From NCBI RefSeq assembly GCF_963506605.1, contig NC_083281.1:27528001-27592000 (forward strand): a stretch of DNA of 64,000 nt, read 5' to 3'. The DNA is from Zootoca vivipara. Lineage: Eukaryota. Position numbers and translations under genes: made by a program. The notes under the pieces are model-generated. The model was not told the origin of the DNA. It saw only the letters and a program-made list of their open reading frames with translations, and ran no database searches. Below are positions 12,101-22,502 of this stretch, piece by piece (positions within the stretch are counted from its first letter, which is position 1; every line of letters begins with the position of its first letter).

Positions 12101-14398
12101 GTGGAGATTCATTCAGGACAATGCCATTTTCCAAGAGGCTGGGTTCCATAGCCTCTCTCTGTAAAGATTGAAATGAAAAAGGACAGTAAGAAATTTTCCC
12201 TTGCCTGTATACTTTCCTGGGCAACCAACCGACAACACCCTGACACTGGGGCTGATGGGAGGTGTGGTCCAAGAGAAGTGGTAAAGTTGTTGTCTCACCC
12301 CAAACTCTGTGTCATTATATAGTCTAGTAACTAACTGGCAGTACCTGGATAGGATTCAGGAGCTTCCTGTTGCTATTCTGCTTTTGTTTGAGAAAAGCAT
12401 TAGACGTTCCTTGCTACCTTCTTGGTTAGTCTGTTCTCCCCGAGTCTTCCTTGACACACCTCCTTACCGTTGATGCTTACTGGTGCCTCTGTTTTCCTCT
12501 TCCAGTGTCCCATGGCTCCTGGTTTGACCACGTGAAAGGCTGGCTGCAGATGAAGAAAAGGGAAAACTTCTTGTTCATCACGGTTGAAGAGTTGAAGCAG
12601 GTGTGGTCCAACCTTAGCGCTTGCCCTGGAGTTGTCCACACTTCAGCTTGTCCCGTAGCTAGGAAGCACGGGTCCAGCCGGGTCCAGCTTGTAACTCATA
12701 CTTTCTAGGCATGAGTCCAAGCCGTTTTGCGTTTGCCCCATTGCTTCCGCCTGGAAAACCTGCTCTTTAGGGCCAAGTCTGAGCAAACGTCCATTTGGAG
12801 AAAAACCTGATTGATGTTTGTTCCAATTCAGCTATAAACAGCGGGTTTTCCTGGGGGGAAAGTGGCAGAGAAGCAGAAGTGTAGATGAGCCCATTGTTAT
12901 ATTCACACATCCATAGTTACCATCATCTTATTTATTGCTTATCTATTTCATAAAATCTATATAGCACTTGATTTAAAAAACAACAACCTCAAAGAAGTTT
13001 ACAAAAGGTTACAACCATTTTCATTTTTGTAAATTCTGGTATTGTTTGCTAGATACATTTGAATATGTGCAGTATTCCTTTCTGCCCCTCTACATGATTA
13101 AACCTAATATGAAAGTCACTTAATGGAAAAGAGCTTTATATCATGTGCAGAGTGCCCTTACTTTGTCCCACATCAGACCAGGAATGCCCTCAGATGAACT
13201 ATTTTGTATTTATTTCAATATCTCCTTTTACTTGTATTTTCTTCAAATTCTTACTTTTAAAAAAAGACTTTATTTTAGGTGTCTGTGCACAGGGAAACAA
13301 ATACTTGCATGCATGCCCACAACATGTGGAACAACACACGAATTTTTTATTGATTGCTATGCTATTTTGTGCAAATCTGATAGTTCAAAAAACTTGTGTT
13401 CCCACCCCCGATTTTTTTAAAGGTGTGCACACAGATAAACAAATAGCCTACAATCGACCTCAGATTTCCAGAACTTGTGAAGGACAAGGATATACTAATA
13501 CTAATGGGGAGACACACAGCATGAAAACATTCCATCAAGCATCACCCACTAGTATAGACAGGAAGCAACAGGACGGATTTTGGAGGCATAAAATCAAAAC
13601 TGCTCATATGTGGATGAAGACAAACAAATTTGCACATGGACTCAGTGACCCATGCATATGTTAGTGCCCTAGTGTGGACACAACCAAGTTCTGCTGCTGT
13701 CTCAGATGCTCCTTCAGTGCTGAGCAGGCCAAGCGGCAGTCTGAGACAAAAAGAGAGGCAGTCTTTTGAGAACAGGATTCTACTCTGGCTTCTGCACTAT
13801 GGTGGCTGAGAGGTCAATACACTCATGGAATCACTGTTGTTAAATGCACCCTACAAACTAGCAGCAATGCCCTCTGTGTGCCTCTTAATCAGCTTCACAG
13901 TAATTTGCTTTTCCCTTCTGCAGGACCTTCGAGGGAGTGTGGAGAGGATCTGCCAGTTCCTCGGCAAGGAGCTGAACAGCCAGCAAATAGACTCTGTGGT
14001 GGAAAGCCCCTGCTTCAAGAAAGTGAAGCATGAGACCATGCCCATCTCATCTCGGAAGCGAAGTAGTTTAATGCCCAGTAAACATGCGCTGACAGGTAAC
14101 AATAGAGCTTATGGTGGAGTCCATAGATAAAGGCCATTAGGCAAGGGGGGCGGGCGGTTCGGGTGGAGAGTCTTTCCCTGTGAAGTGCCATTGACCAATG
14201 GATAAAGTTAATCAGGAATTGAAGCCGGTGCTGAAATAATTCTGGCTGAACATCTTTGTGGTTATGAGTCCCTCTTGTGGTCTTTCAGGGCTCCCCGGGG
14301 ATTGGAAGCACCATATCACAGTGGCACAGAACGAACGCTTTGACAGTTGTTATCCACCTCACATTCAGGGTGTGGGTGTGCGTTTCCCTTGGGACTGA
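2349..14398 (+). CDS. SULT2-family (SULT2B1-like) cytosolic sulfotransferase-like gene, 6 coding exons, 275 aa, divergent PAPS site
   Basis: Exons 2349-2484, 8695-8891, 10797-10914, 12506-12600, 13924-14095, 14289-14398 (828 nt, all GT-AG, phases compatible, no stops). Motifs [62 protein letters not shown] at 14729-14734. Confidence 0.93.
2598..3025 (-). repeat. 3' LTR of the Gypsy element
   Basis: Matches 7983-8410; preceded on the element strand by the [17 protein letters not shown]. Confidence 0.97.
2722..6849 (-). CDS. pol: Gypsy Pol (protease, RT, RNase H, integrase, chromodomain, long acidic/basic tail), entered by -1 frameshift
   Basis: LIDSGA protease; FLDD RT; ETDAS RNase H; HHCC, DDE and GPF integrase; chromodomain at about 3375-3540. 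The frame is -1 relative to gag and is open from the GGGAAAC slip site at 6849-6843. Confidence 0.95.
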   Translation of the reverse strand, partial: GKRESLAAGDKGQQPGTVSRQQPQPAHPHREVQSQPTPPRAGVVLEVTLTLPNGYPLTVLALIDSGASANFFSRSFAEEHQIQLLQLDFPLHVATIDGRELLGGAITHQTPPMRMTVGRHSETLAFNVTTISDPPIVLGMSWLARHDPSISWHQRCITFGSDFCLEHCMQHQPGEGPPIATVATMHVKGGEAIPKPYWDLQEVFSEAESDHLPPHRSFDCQINLVPGATIPPAKLYAMSDQELEDLRAFIDKNLKRGFIRESKAAGGSPVFWVDKKDTQQRRLVVDFRRLNSVTEPVAFPMPRVDDLLTAARRGKIFTKLDLRGAYNLIRIREGDEWKTTMFTPLGSFEYLVMPFGLQGGSACFQAFMHHVLGSLLFRKCLVFLDDILIYSNDPVQHVKDVREVLQRLKENHLYVKLEKCKFHTKEVDFLGYKLSDKGLAMDKDKVQAILDWHSPRTRKDAQRLLGFANFYRKFIKNFSRVTAPITDCLRGKQKFKWTPEAQAAFESLKRVFASDQNLFHVVQDAPLRIETDASEKAVGAILLQLDANREWRPCAFFSRKLTQPERNYTVFDRELLAIYAAFQHWRHFLVGAKHPIQVCTDHKNLEFWRTARVLNQRQIRWAEFFSNFNFSIHYIPGEQNVRADALSRKPEYMEEEAPPAPRHIFPPSAWSCGAAVVSEAELTALTAADEFANRIFRELRGGREQAKDFAERRGLLFYKGALYLPTTQLRRTVLKQMHDNPTAGHFGRDKTAHLVMRHFWWPGVREDVRDYVRGCTTCQRAKVVRAAPPGLLEPLATPHRPWEVVSMDFITDLPSSRGKTAVLVVVDLMSKMCHFIPCARAVSAEETAKLFVDHIFRLHGLPLRVISDRGRQFVSRFWRRLMNLLQVEVSLSTARHPQTNGQAERVNAILQQYLRCYVSQRQTDWVDRLPLAEFAYNNAVHVSTGVSPFKANYGRDLRSFPEREREEEEEEGPQAEDWAEELETVHQQLREHLERAKEAYKKGADRHRRQGEVIRVGDKVWLSSEGLPTRGRCKKLAPKRLGPFTVTQQVNPVAYRLALPEDMRVHPVFHRSLLSPYRESSRLRDSEQTPEGGGEREGREQLNEATAILDSRWGVGGLEYLMAWEDAPPSQNEWVPATQIQEEFLVEEFHALFPHRPKPWHMEREGEEEEARESSSPWRWEAEFEEPEDEVWVSPRSTQSEEGADWQNVFTPTSSDATDFLGFPSAQAEGGGSQDWGEVFTPTGSESTEFLGFQSSPTHGGGLGRGEGELGRGVDVRDRGYREVPPLLSSSPSPSKGESRESSDSSGEAGSRVRGSGKVEEPGSQVGQEGASKGGRPIPPTPELRRKRRGKRMGLPKLLCWRKTRQKPLGGSETD
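6714..7940 (-). CDS. gag: Gypsy Gag (coiled coil, capsid, CCHC zinc knuckle)
   Basis: First ATG at 7940 (MSVSEAEKW); [14 protein letters not shown] knuckle; PEG10/RTL-like capsid region. Confidence 0.93.
   Translation of the reverse strand: MSVSEAEKWRQIAEQAQLELQQLSLQAQGELKAAKEETKKVQDDRLQLAEQVRELQEKEQHLRAVAVDLQNKLDAEKNKAGGAPQVQVLPGRRAGTLVSKFNGDPKEFQGFETEIVYALELHQNEFPDDEHRVAFIVEHLTGAAREWLRPLIATKNPCMKNVQQFLEGLRTMYSSDSHLDQTKEELHNLRQGNMTVRAYWAKFTMLVHRLGWVLDSPPMQAAFYLGLSEEVKDELSRGPKPSTMDQLSKAALAVGVRQESRWNDKQATRAKRAWFPRSQEKPLPQQPFQATPGASQDQEPMQIDSARARAFQTPAAPRRKEGRGGNCFLCNSPQHLVRDCPHRREWQGKAGTVVPSPTDAAPQQGNGKAWLQETRGSSQAQSADNSPSPPTRTERCRASPPLPEQEWF
6780..6849 (-). other. -1 ribosomal frameshift signal (G GGA AAC plus stem/pseudoknot)
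   Basis: Slippery heptamer in the gag frame, 6-nt spacer, 10-bp stem GCCTGGCTGC/GCAGCCAGGC; loop GGGGC can pair with downstream GCCCC. Confidence 0.85.
7970..7980 (-). promoter_or_regulatory. Self-priming primer-binding site (non-tRNA)
   Basis: AACCTCCTAAT, 2 nt downstream of the 5' LTR, is the exact complement of ATTAGGAGGTT inside the LTR (8131-8121); no TGG tRNA-type PBS is present. Confidence 0.85.
7983..8410 (-). repeat. 5' LTR of the Gypsy element
   Basis: 428 bp, TG...CA ends; AATAAA on the element strand near 8047-8052. Confidence 0.97.
8695..8891 (+). CDS. SULT2-like coding exon 2 (GGRWMVEIL...ASHLP...SKAK)
   Basis: ctag acceptor, gtaaga donor. Confidence 0.92.
9107..9908 (-). mobile_element. 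L2-clade LINE 3' portion with (AAT)n tail
   Basis: [13 protein letters not shown]...[10 protein letters not shown]...[21 protein letters not shown]. Confidence 0.88.
10797..10914 (+). CDS. SULT2-like coding exon 3 ([10 protein letters not shown]...FLNGN)
   Basis: tttcag acceptor, gtatgg donor. Confidence 0.92.
11462..11597. mobile_element. 136-bp hairpin hAT-type MITE
   Basis: TIR CAGGCATCCCCAAACT; 8-bp TSD GTTAAACT. Confidence 0.9.
11773..12245 (+). mobile_element. Solo LTR (473 bp) nested in a MITE
   Basis: TGTCAGGG...CCCTGACA termini, 5-bp TSD CTGGG; the flanks rejoin into a ggactacaa...ctggggctgatgggag MITE. Confidence 0.85.
12506..12600 (+). CDS. SULT2-like coding exon 4 (VSHGSWFDH...EELKQ)
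   Basis: ttccag acceptor, gtgtgg donor; 95 nt. Confidence 0.92.
13924..14095 (+). CDS. SULT2-like coding exon 5 ([14 protein letters not shown]...HALT)
   Basis: ctgcag acceptor, gtaaca donor. Confidence 0.88.
14289..14398 (+). CDS. SULT2-like coding exon 6 ([16 protein letters not shown]...FPWD*)
   Basis: tttcag acceptor; TGA at 14396-14398. Confidence 0.9.
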
Positions 14399-14999
14399 AG
14401 AAGGGTTGCTTTTTCGCATCCCCACACTCTTTTATCTCTCATATGATGCATGTCCCTCCTACCAAACCACCAGGCTCTATCGCTCTTCTTCAGATGTGAT
14501 CAGAAGAGGCTGGTCAGTGAATGGTATCGTTGTATTGTCTTTTGTATTTTCAAATATGGTATGCAAGAGGTAGGCAACCTGTGGCCATCCAGATGTGGTG
14601 GAACTGCACGCCCATCATCCCCGACCATTGACAATGGTGGCTGGGGCTGATGGGAGCTGGAATCTATTAGCATCTGGAGGGCTACAGGTTCCCCATCCCT
14701 GCTGTATGTTGTTTGTTTTTTATTCTGTAATAAAAATTGTATTGTATCTTATAGTATTCATAATTGTATTGATGCACAGCTAAATGTATTCAATTACCCA
14801 TACCAACACAACAGGTGGTAATGCTGTCAGGGTGATGTTATGGATTCCAAAGTTATTTCCCAAGGTGGCAGTCAGTCAGTTAGTCAATCAGTCAGTCAGT
14901 CTGTCTGTCTCTCTCTCCCCCACCCCACCCATTACAGAGCCTGTTCTGGTTGCTTTTTCCTTGTGATTGAAGCAATATCCCCTCATGCCAAAGAAACCC

Positions 15000-16443
15000 T
15001 TCCAGGAGGTGGGAGTTTCCTGGTAGTGAGTGATTCAATCATTAGGGTTTGGAATGGGTGTGTGGACTTCATGGTGACTTGCCTGCCAGGTGCAATAGTT
15101 GAGAATGTGACACATCATCTAGAGAGCTTGATTGTTAATGATGGGGAAGTGTTGGTGGTTCAATAACCTGTGGAAGTGTAGACATGCAGTTCTGGAAGCA
15201 ACATTTCAGGTGTTAGGTAGGGGCTTGAAAACCAGCATCTTCAAGGTCGCTTTCTCAGAACTGCTACCAGATCCACATGCAAGGCCAGTAAGACAGGAAA
15301 CAATGAGGACTCTCAATGCATTGATGAGATGATGGGTGTCAGTAGGAGGAGTTTGATTTGTTAGGCATGGGGGAATTTGGGGGGGACAAACTGGGCCTCT
15401 ACAAAAGTGTCAGGCTCCACTTCAACCAAATGTTGGTGTTCGAAATCAGAACACACTGAGAGGGATGCAGAGGAGATCAGGGAAACTGCTGGCCAGTTAG
15501 CTTAACATCTGTTCTGGAAAAAAAAGATGAAATTATGAAGCATCTAGAAAAGAAGACATGCTGAAGGAGAACCAGCATGACTTCTGTGAAAGTAATTCCT
15601 GTCTAATCAACATTTAGAGCTCATAGAGAGGGTCCATAACTATATAGGGGTACACAGTGTGTATTTAGACTTTCAAAAAACCTTTGGTACAGTCCCACAC
15701 CAAAAAAACACCTGAGTAAGTTTAGCAGTTATTAGATAAGAGCCATATCATTTCATGGATCTGTAACTGGTTAAGAACAGGAAACAGTTCTCACAATGGA
15801 TGAATGTAAGGAGGGGTGTCTCCAAGGATCTGTATTGGTGCCAGTGTTTTTAACTTGTTCATAATAGAGTTGGGAGTGATAGTGAAGTGGTCAAGCGATG
15901 AAACTAAAATATTCGGTGTGGCAAAATAAAGGAGGGGTTGTGAAGAGGTCCAAAAGAATTGCTGCAAACTGGGTGAATGGGCCTTAAAATGGAAAATATT
16001 GTTCCATGTAAGTGTATGTACTTTGAAGCAAGAAATCCTATAGCGGATCACTCAATGAAGACATTGACCCAGTGTACAGAAGCTGTGAAAAAAGGTGAAA
16101 TTCATGTTAGGAAAGAGATTGAAAATAAAACTGCCAATAGTCTAATGCTAGTCTACAGTGTGATCACATACTTTGAATATTGTGTATTGGTATTGTTGCT
16201 GCACCTCGAAAAGGATATTGTGTAGATCTGAAAAAGGTGCAGAAAAATGCAAACGGTCAAGGGGCTGGAGCAGCTCTTCTGTGAGGAAAGGTTGCTGCAG
16301 TGGGGACTTTTCAGGTTAGGAAAAAAGCAAGTAAGGGTAGACATGATAGGGTACAATAAAATTATGCACAGGGTAGAGAAAGTTAAGAAAAGTGTTTCTC
16401 CCTCTTGCATAAATCTAAGAACCTGCAGTCTTCCAAGGAAGCT
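15000..16443 (+). mobile_element. Degenerate CR1 LINE (ORF1 esterase and RT remnants)
   Basis: LVVSDSIIR...VTCLPGA (SGNH-like ORF1); NQH-F...SCL-N and VYLDFQK-F--VPH RT motifs with frameshifts. Confidence 0.75.
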
Positions 16444-16618
16444 NNNNNNNNNNNNNNNNNNNNNNNNNNNNNNNNNNNNNNNNNNNNNNNNNNNNNNNNN
16501 NNNNNNNNNNNNNNNNNNNNNNNNNNNNNNNNNNNNNNNNNNNNNNNNNNNNNNNNNNNNNNNNNNNNNNNNNNNNNNNNNNNNNNNNNNNNNNNNNNNN
16601 NNNNNNNNNNNNNNNNNN
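16444..16618. other. Assembly gap (N run)
   Basis: Run of N. Confidence 1.
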
Positions 16619-17174
16619 GAGAGTAAGTAAACATTCCTAATAGGGTTCCTTGCAATGTGTAGGTCACTGCATACAAGACAAATTTCCTACACGGAAGATA
16701 CTTATGGGTAAGTTAGCCACTTAACTCATCGCCAAAAAAGTTGAAATGCACCAGCTGCTCATTCCACATGCTCACAATTGATAGGCAACATCAGGATTCC
16801 TCAAACTCGGCCCTCCAGATGTTTTGAGACCACAATTCCCATAATCCTTGACCACTGGTCCTGCTAGCTGGGAATCATGGGAGTTATTTTTCATGAGAGA
16901 TTTTTCAGTTATTGACCTTTAATCCAGACTTGGATAATCCTTCATAGAGAGGATTCCTTGAATAGAACTGATCTCTGTAAAGAAACAACCCCTGCTTCTA
17001 TGTAGTATATGCTGCATGTTTCTTGGGTGGGTTTCATCACTTCTGCACAGTGTTGCAACTCAAAGAGTATGTAGATAACAACCATAGGAACACTAGTGGT
17101 TGTTTTCTTCTTCTGACTCATAACTCGGGTCCATCCCGGACGGTAGTTATCTACATACTCTTTGAGTTGCAACA

Positions 17175-18980
17175 TGAGAGAGATTAGAAAATATTACCAA
17201 ATATTTTTCAGACCAATACCGAGCCGGACCAGAAGATAAAATAGAAATTGAAAGATATATAAGACTAAATAAGTTGCAAAAATTCCAAATGAAAAATTGA
17301 ATATTTTAAATGTACCAGTTCATATAGCAGAAATCTCAAATGCCATTAAACAAGCAAAAACAGGAAAAGCACCAGGCCCAGATAGACTAACAGCAAAATA
17401 CTACAAATAAAATTAGAAAATTACTTAATTCACCCACTACAAAATGTAATGAACGAAATATTAAAGATTGGGGAAATACCAAAGACTTGGAAAGAGGCCT
17501 TTTTTACTCTAATTCCAAAGACAAGAGACAGACAAAATGGAAGTTAAGAATTATAGACCAATCTCATTATTAAACAGTGATTATAAATTGTATGCAAATA
17601 TATTAGCTAATACAGTGGTACCTCGGGTTAAGAACTTAATTAGTTCTGGAGGTCCGTTCTTAACCTGAAACTTCTTATCCTGAGGTACCACTTTAGCTAA
17701 TGGGGCCTCCTGCTGCCACTGCACTGCTGCCGCATGATTTCTGTTCTCATCCTGAAGTAAAGTTCTTAACCCGAGGTACTATTTCTGGGTTAGCGGAGTC
17801 TGTAAGCTGAAGTGTCTGTAACCTGAAGCACTACTGTAGAATGAAAAAACATATTATTAGAAATAATACATCAAGACCAAACAGGATTTCTGCCAGGAAG
17901 ACATATGAAAGATAATATAAGGAATGTAATTTATATTACTGAATACCTGGAAGTAAGGAATGAAAAACAGGCAGCAATGATGTTTGTAGATGTGGAAAAA
18001 GCATTTGATAATGTTTCCTGGACCTTTATGTTGAAAAAAGTAAACATGAAACCCAATTGGGCAACATATAGAGAGGTAACAGATTGGTTACAATATTTTC
18101 AATTAAATGAAACATTTAAAAATGATAAAAAGAAAGGATTTGCATATGAAATTTCAAAATTCCAGAGAGAAATAATGGAAAGTGAATATAAATTACTATC
18201 AAAAATGTATAATATTTTGTTGGAATGGGAAACAAAGGATGAAGAGGTAAAAAGTGTTATGATAAAATGGGCAAAATATGTGGGACATAATATACAGATG
18301 ACAAATCGGGAAAGATTATGGAAAAATGATATAAAATTTCTAGCATGTACAGCTCTTAAGGAGAACTATATGAAAATTATGTACATATGGTATCTAACTC
18401 TGGTTAAATGATCAAAATGCATAAGACAAAAGATAATAAGTGCTGGAAGTGTAAAGAAGTAGTAGGTACATTTTACCATATGTGGTGGCAATGTAAGGTT
18501 ATAAAAAGGTTTTGGGTAAATGATTCATGATGAATTGAAAAAAAATGTTTAAAATCACCTTTGTTAAAAAGCCAGAAGCTTTCTTAATAGGTATAACTGG
18601 AGTGGATATACCGAAATACAAAAATGTGTTTATGTATGCAACAACAGCTGCCCAGATATTGATAGCTCAACATTGGAAAGAAGAACAAGTCCCAACTAAA
18701 GAAGATTGGCAACTTAAATTAATGGAATATGCTGAAATGGCTAAATTAAGTGGAAGACTAAGAAATCAAGACAACAAATATAAAAAAGAATGGAAAATGT
18801 TTATTGCATATTTACAAAAGCATTGTAAAGAAGTTAATACAATAGCAGGTCTTTAAAAACAATTGTAATATTAAGGAGAATGTTTAAAATTGGAAATAAT
18901 TAAGGATAAAGAAATTATAGGCATGTATAATATGAGATATTATAAAAGAACCAGGGGAGGAACTGGAGGGGAGTTATGAA
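17175..18980 (+). mobile_element. Degraded, internally deleted L1-clade LINE ORF2 and 3' end
   Basis: GKAPGPD, NYRPISLLN, DVEKAFDNVSW, C-terminal CWKC...HMWW motif; interrupted by a MITE. Confidence 0.85.
17613..17836. mobile_element. Tc1/mariner (Tigger-like) MITE inserted in L1
   Basis: CAGTGGTACCTC...CTACTG ends, TA TSD; removing it restores the L1 reading LANRMKK. Confidence 0.8.
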
Positions 18981-19226
18981 TGGATTATTAATAATGCTGC
19001 CACACATCCCAATAATTTTGTGCCTTCATTTTTATTCCAACAAAAGAAAGCTTTTATTTGGGTCAGCATTCCTTGAATATACCAGTGAGTTCAAATTACA
19101 ACCCCAAGGACGTCAGCTAAAAGACTTGGTATCTATATGAGCTGTTCAGCCTCAGGGAGTGGTGGGTGATTTTTCACCCAAGATTCTTAAGTAGCTACTG
19201 AATGGCCACCTCTATTCCAGGCTATA

Positions 19227-19578
19227 AAGGTAAAGGTAAAGGACCCCTGACAGTTAAGTCCAGTCACAGACTCAGGGGTTGCGGCATTCATCTTGCTTTA
19301 TAGGCCAAGGGAGCCGGTATTTGTCCGCAGACAGTTTTCTTTCATGTGGCCAGCATGACTAAGCTGCTTCTGGTGCAGCGGAACAACGAAGCCAGAGAAG
19401 TGCATAGAAATGCCGTTTACCTTCTTGCAGTTTTTGGCGTGCTTTTGAACTGCTAGGTTGGCAGGAGCAGGGACCGAGCAACGGGAGCTTACCCCGTTGC
19501 GGGGATTCGAACCGCTGACGACCTTATTGGCAAGTCCAAGAGGCTCAGTGGTTTAGACCACAGCGCCACCCACGTCCC
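19227..19578 (-). mobile_element. Sauria SINE
   Basis: GGGACGTGGGTGGCGCTGTGG head, (ACCTTT)n tail, 14-bp TSD TATTCCAGGCTATA. Confidence 0.9.
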
Positions 19579-20436
19579 TATTCCAGGCTATAGTAGTGCT
19601 GTAAAAGGGGGTTACCTTTGTGGTCGCTTTCAGCTCTGTGGTTCTGTTATTTTAACCCCCTGCTCTACTCAAGATTTGTGGTACAGGTGCAATTCCAGTA
19701 TCCCTGGGCTGATGGCCACCCAGCTTCTGCATAAATGTCTCCAACACAGGACAGCCCACCATCTTCTGTGACTCCTAAAACAACTCCTACTCCTACTTTT
19801 CCCACTTGAGGCCTGGCTGCCTTCCAAGGTGGTATCTGGAATGATAAAAGCCACCGAACAGATCTGGGGAATGGATCTCAAAAAACAAAGATTGTCATTT
19901 TCAGACAATTGCAGCCACTTGGAGCTTGCAGTGTTGTGCAACAATCTAGAGCTCTACCCTCTTCTTACAACTGAATCCAGGCAGATGCCAACAGACAGCT
20001 CTTCAAGGGCTTAGGGCTGTCCTGCCCCACCCAAGTCCTATTCTCTGCTAATAGTTACACAGGGATCAGTGCACCAGCAAATGAATCCGCTCCAGGCAGA
20101 TTCACTGAGCCGTAGATATGCACATGGGATGGGCAAACAACTTTAAAATGTGAGTGCATTGCAAGACCTGAACGGCAGGACCTTTGGCAGTCAGGAAGGA
20201 GATCGGGTTTGGACCAGACTCTGGCTCTCATCTTCTGAGAAACACTGGCAAATAAGCAGAACATGAATGGACACAGATGAGCCCTTACCATGCCAGTGAC
20301 CTCTAGGTCAAAATCTGACGAGGGGTTCTTATTTCATCTGAAAGTGGGATTCACAGAAGCAAGGCAACCCCTTGATACCCAACTTTCAGTTTTCCAAATG
20401 CTCTTTTCATACCCTCTAACATTTCTATGGTGAAAA

Positions 20437-20770
20437 TGTTGTTGTTGTTTAGTCGTTTAGTCGTGTCCGACTCTTCGTGACCCCATGGACCATAGCACGC
20501 CAGGCACTCCTGTCTTGCACTGCCTCCCGCAGTTTGGTCAAACTCATGTTCGTAGCTTCGAGAACACTGTCCAACCATCTCGTCCTCTGTCGTCCCCTTC
20601 TCCTAGTGCCCTCCATCTTTCCCAACATCAGGGTCTTTTCCAAGGATTCTTCTCTTCTCATGAGGTGGCCAAAGTATTGGAGCCTCAGCTTCACGATCTG
20701 TCCTTCCAGGGAGCACTCAGGGCTGATTTCCTTCAGAATGGATAGGTTTGATCTTCTTGCAGTCCATGGG
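20437..20770 (-). mobile_element. 5'-truncated BovB copy
   Basis: Nearly identical to the 3' end of the full-length element at 47622-50845; (CAA)n tail. Confidence 0.93.
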
Positions 20771-22149
20771 AAAAATAGGGTGAAAATAGGGACGTCCTAT
20801 TCCATCCCCTCTATAATATTTCTCAGGTGAGCGAGCCTGCTAGTGGGACACCTGGTCATGCCTCCTCGCAAAAAATGCACCCAGGGCCACACACCCCAGC
20901 CCCCCCCCCCCCACTACACCACGGTACCAGAGAGAGGTTGACAAGGGAAGTGGACAGCAGCAAGAGGGAGACTCTTTAACATGTCTGTGTGAAATGAGGA
21001 ACGCAGTGTCAGAAATCTGCCAGAAGTCATACCAGTTTAGGTATGTGATGATCTTATCTATAGCCGAAGGCTATCTACTTCCTTCACGTGCTAGCAAAAC
21101 TGAATTACTGTGTCGTGAAATGATGCATGTTTAAAAAGTGTGTCACCAACATGCAAAGTTTGGAAAGCTCTGCTTTAAGAGATACAGCTGCCTCCTGGTG
21201 AAGTTATATAGACAGGATTTACAAGGCTGGGCAACTGAGAGTTAGTGCATTTGCCCTGTTGCTTGTTCTGTGTTGTTGTGGATGCTCACTGCTGAGACGG
21301 AGGGCAATACAGCCATTAAAAGGAATAGCATTACACCAATTCCCAGGGGTGTGGCAAGATCCTGTTCCCCAATCCATATCTCCTTTTGCAAACATGTGGG
21401 AGTTCAAGCCAAGTGGGATGATCCTGTCGCAGAGTTCACCTAATCCTTGTTGACCCTCTCTCAATAAAGGAGCAAACAAGAGGATCAAGGCCTAATCCAC
21501 ATCCGCCTTGCCCTCTCAGCAATGAGTCATTTTCTGCTTTCTTAATTGGGACTGCTAGATTGGGGCCCTTAGATCTCCTTGTCAGAAGGACGCTGGGTGG
21601 AGGACAGCTAATACTGATTTTCATAGTTGGGATAAAGCGCCCTGAAGGGAGGTCTTGAAGAAGGTGCTTCTTTCAAACCACACAGTCAGGCTGGGTGTTT
21701 TAGGACAGAGTAGTCGATAATAATGGTAGCTTTTCATATTTTGGTGGACTCCAACTCCCATCAAGCTCAGCTAGCATGGCCAGTGGCTGGAGATGATGGG
21801 AGTTGTAGCTCAGCAACATCTGGAGGGCCACACGTCCCCTACATGTGCATTAGAAGACACATCAGCCTGTGAAACAGGCTGTGAATCATGGGCACCTTAG
21901 TCTATAGTACAGCTTCGCTTGTGCCCTCACATCATGGCAACTGTGTTTCTTGGCCCCCACCAGTACCAAATTTAGGGGTGTGGGGGCAGATCACCCCCCA
22001 CTGGGCGCTGAGCCGAGGGGGTGCAAAATTGAGAATATCTACAATTGAGAAGATCCATTTGGGGGCTGTGTGTTTTCCTATACATCACAATGTTTCAATA
22101 GCTTTAAAAGATGAGGCTGTTCAACAATTTTCTTGCAAAGAACTGAAGA

Positions 22150-22502
22150 GGTAAAAGGTAAAGGGACCCCTGACCATTAGGTCCAGTCGTGACCGACTCT
22201 GGGGTTGCGCACTCATCTCGCATTATTGGCCGAGGGAGCCGGCGTATAGCTTCCAGGTCATGTGGCCAGCATGACAAAGCTGCTTCTGGAGAACCAGAGC
22301 AGCACATGGAAACGCCGTTTACCTTCCCGCTGTAGCGGTTCCTATTTATCTACTTGCACTTTGACGTGCTTTCGAACTGCTAGGTTGGCAGGAGCTGGGA
22401 CCAAGCAACGGGAGCTCACCCCGTCACAGGGATTCGAACCGCCGACCTTCTGATCAGCAAGCCCTAGGCTCAGTGGTTTAACCACAGCACCATCTGGGTC
22501 CC
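22150..22502 (-). mobile_element. Sauria SINE
   Basis: Same head, body and (ACCTTT) tail as 19227-19578. Confidence 0.88.

Noticed and set aside
2349-14398. Calling the SULT a classical pseudogene or naming it SULT2B1
   Set aside because: There are no stops or frameshifts and splice sites are intact, but the protein is too diverged for confident orthology.
16247-16676. ORFs spanning N runs (also 45203-45524)
   Set aside because: They are assembly-gap artefacts.
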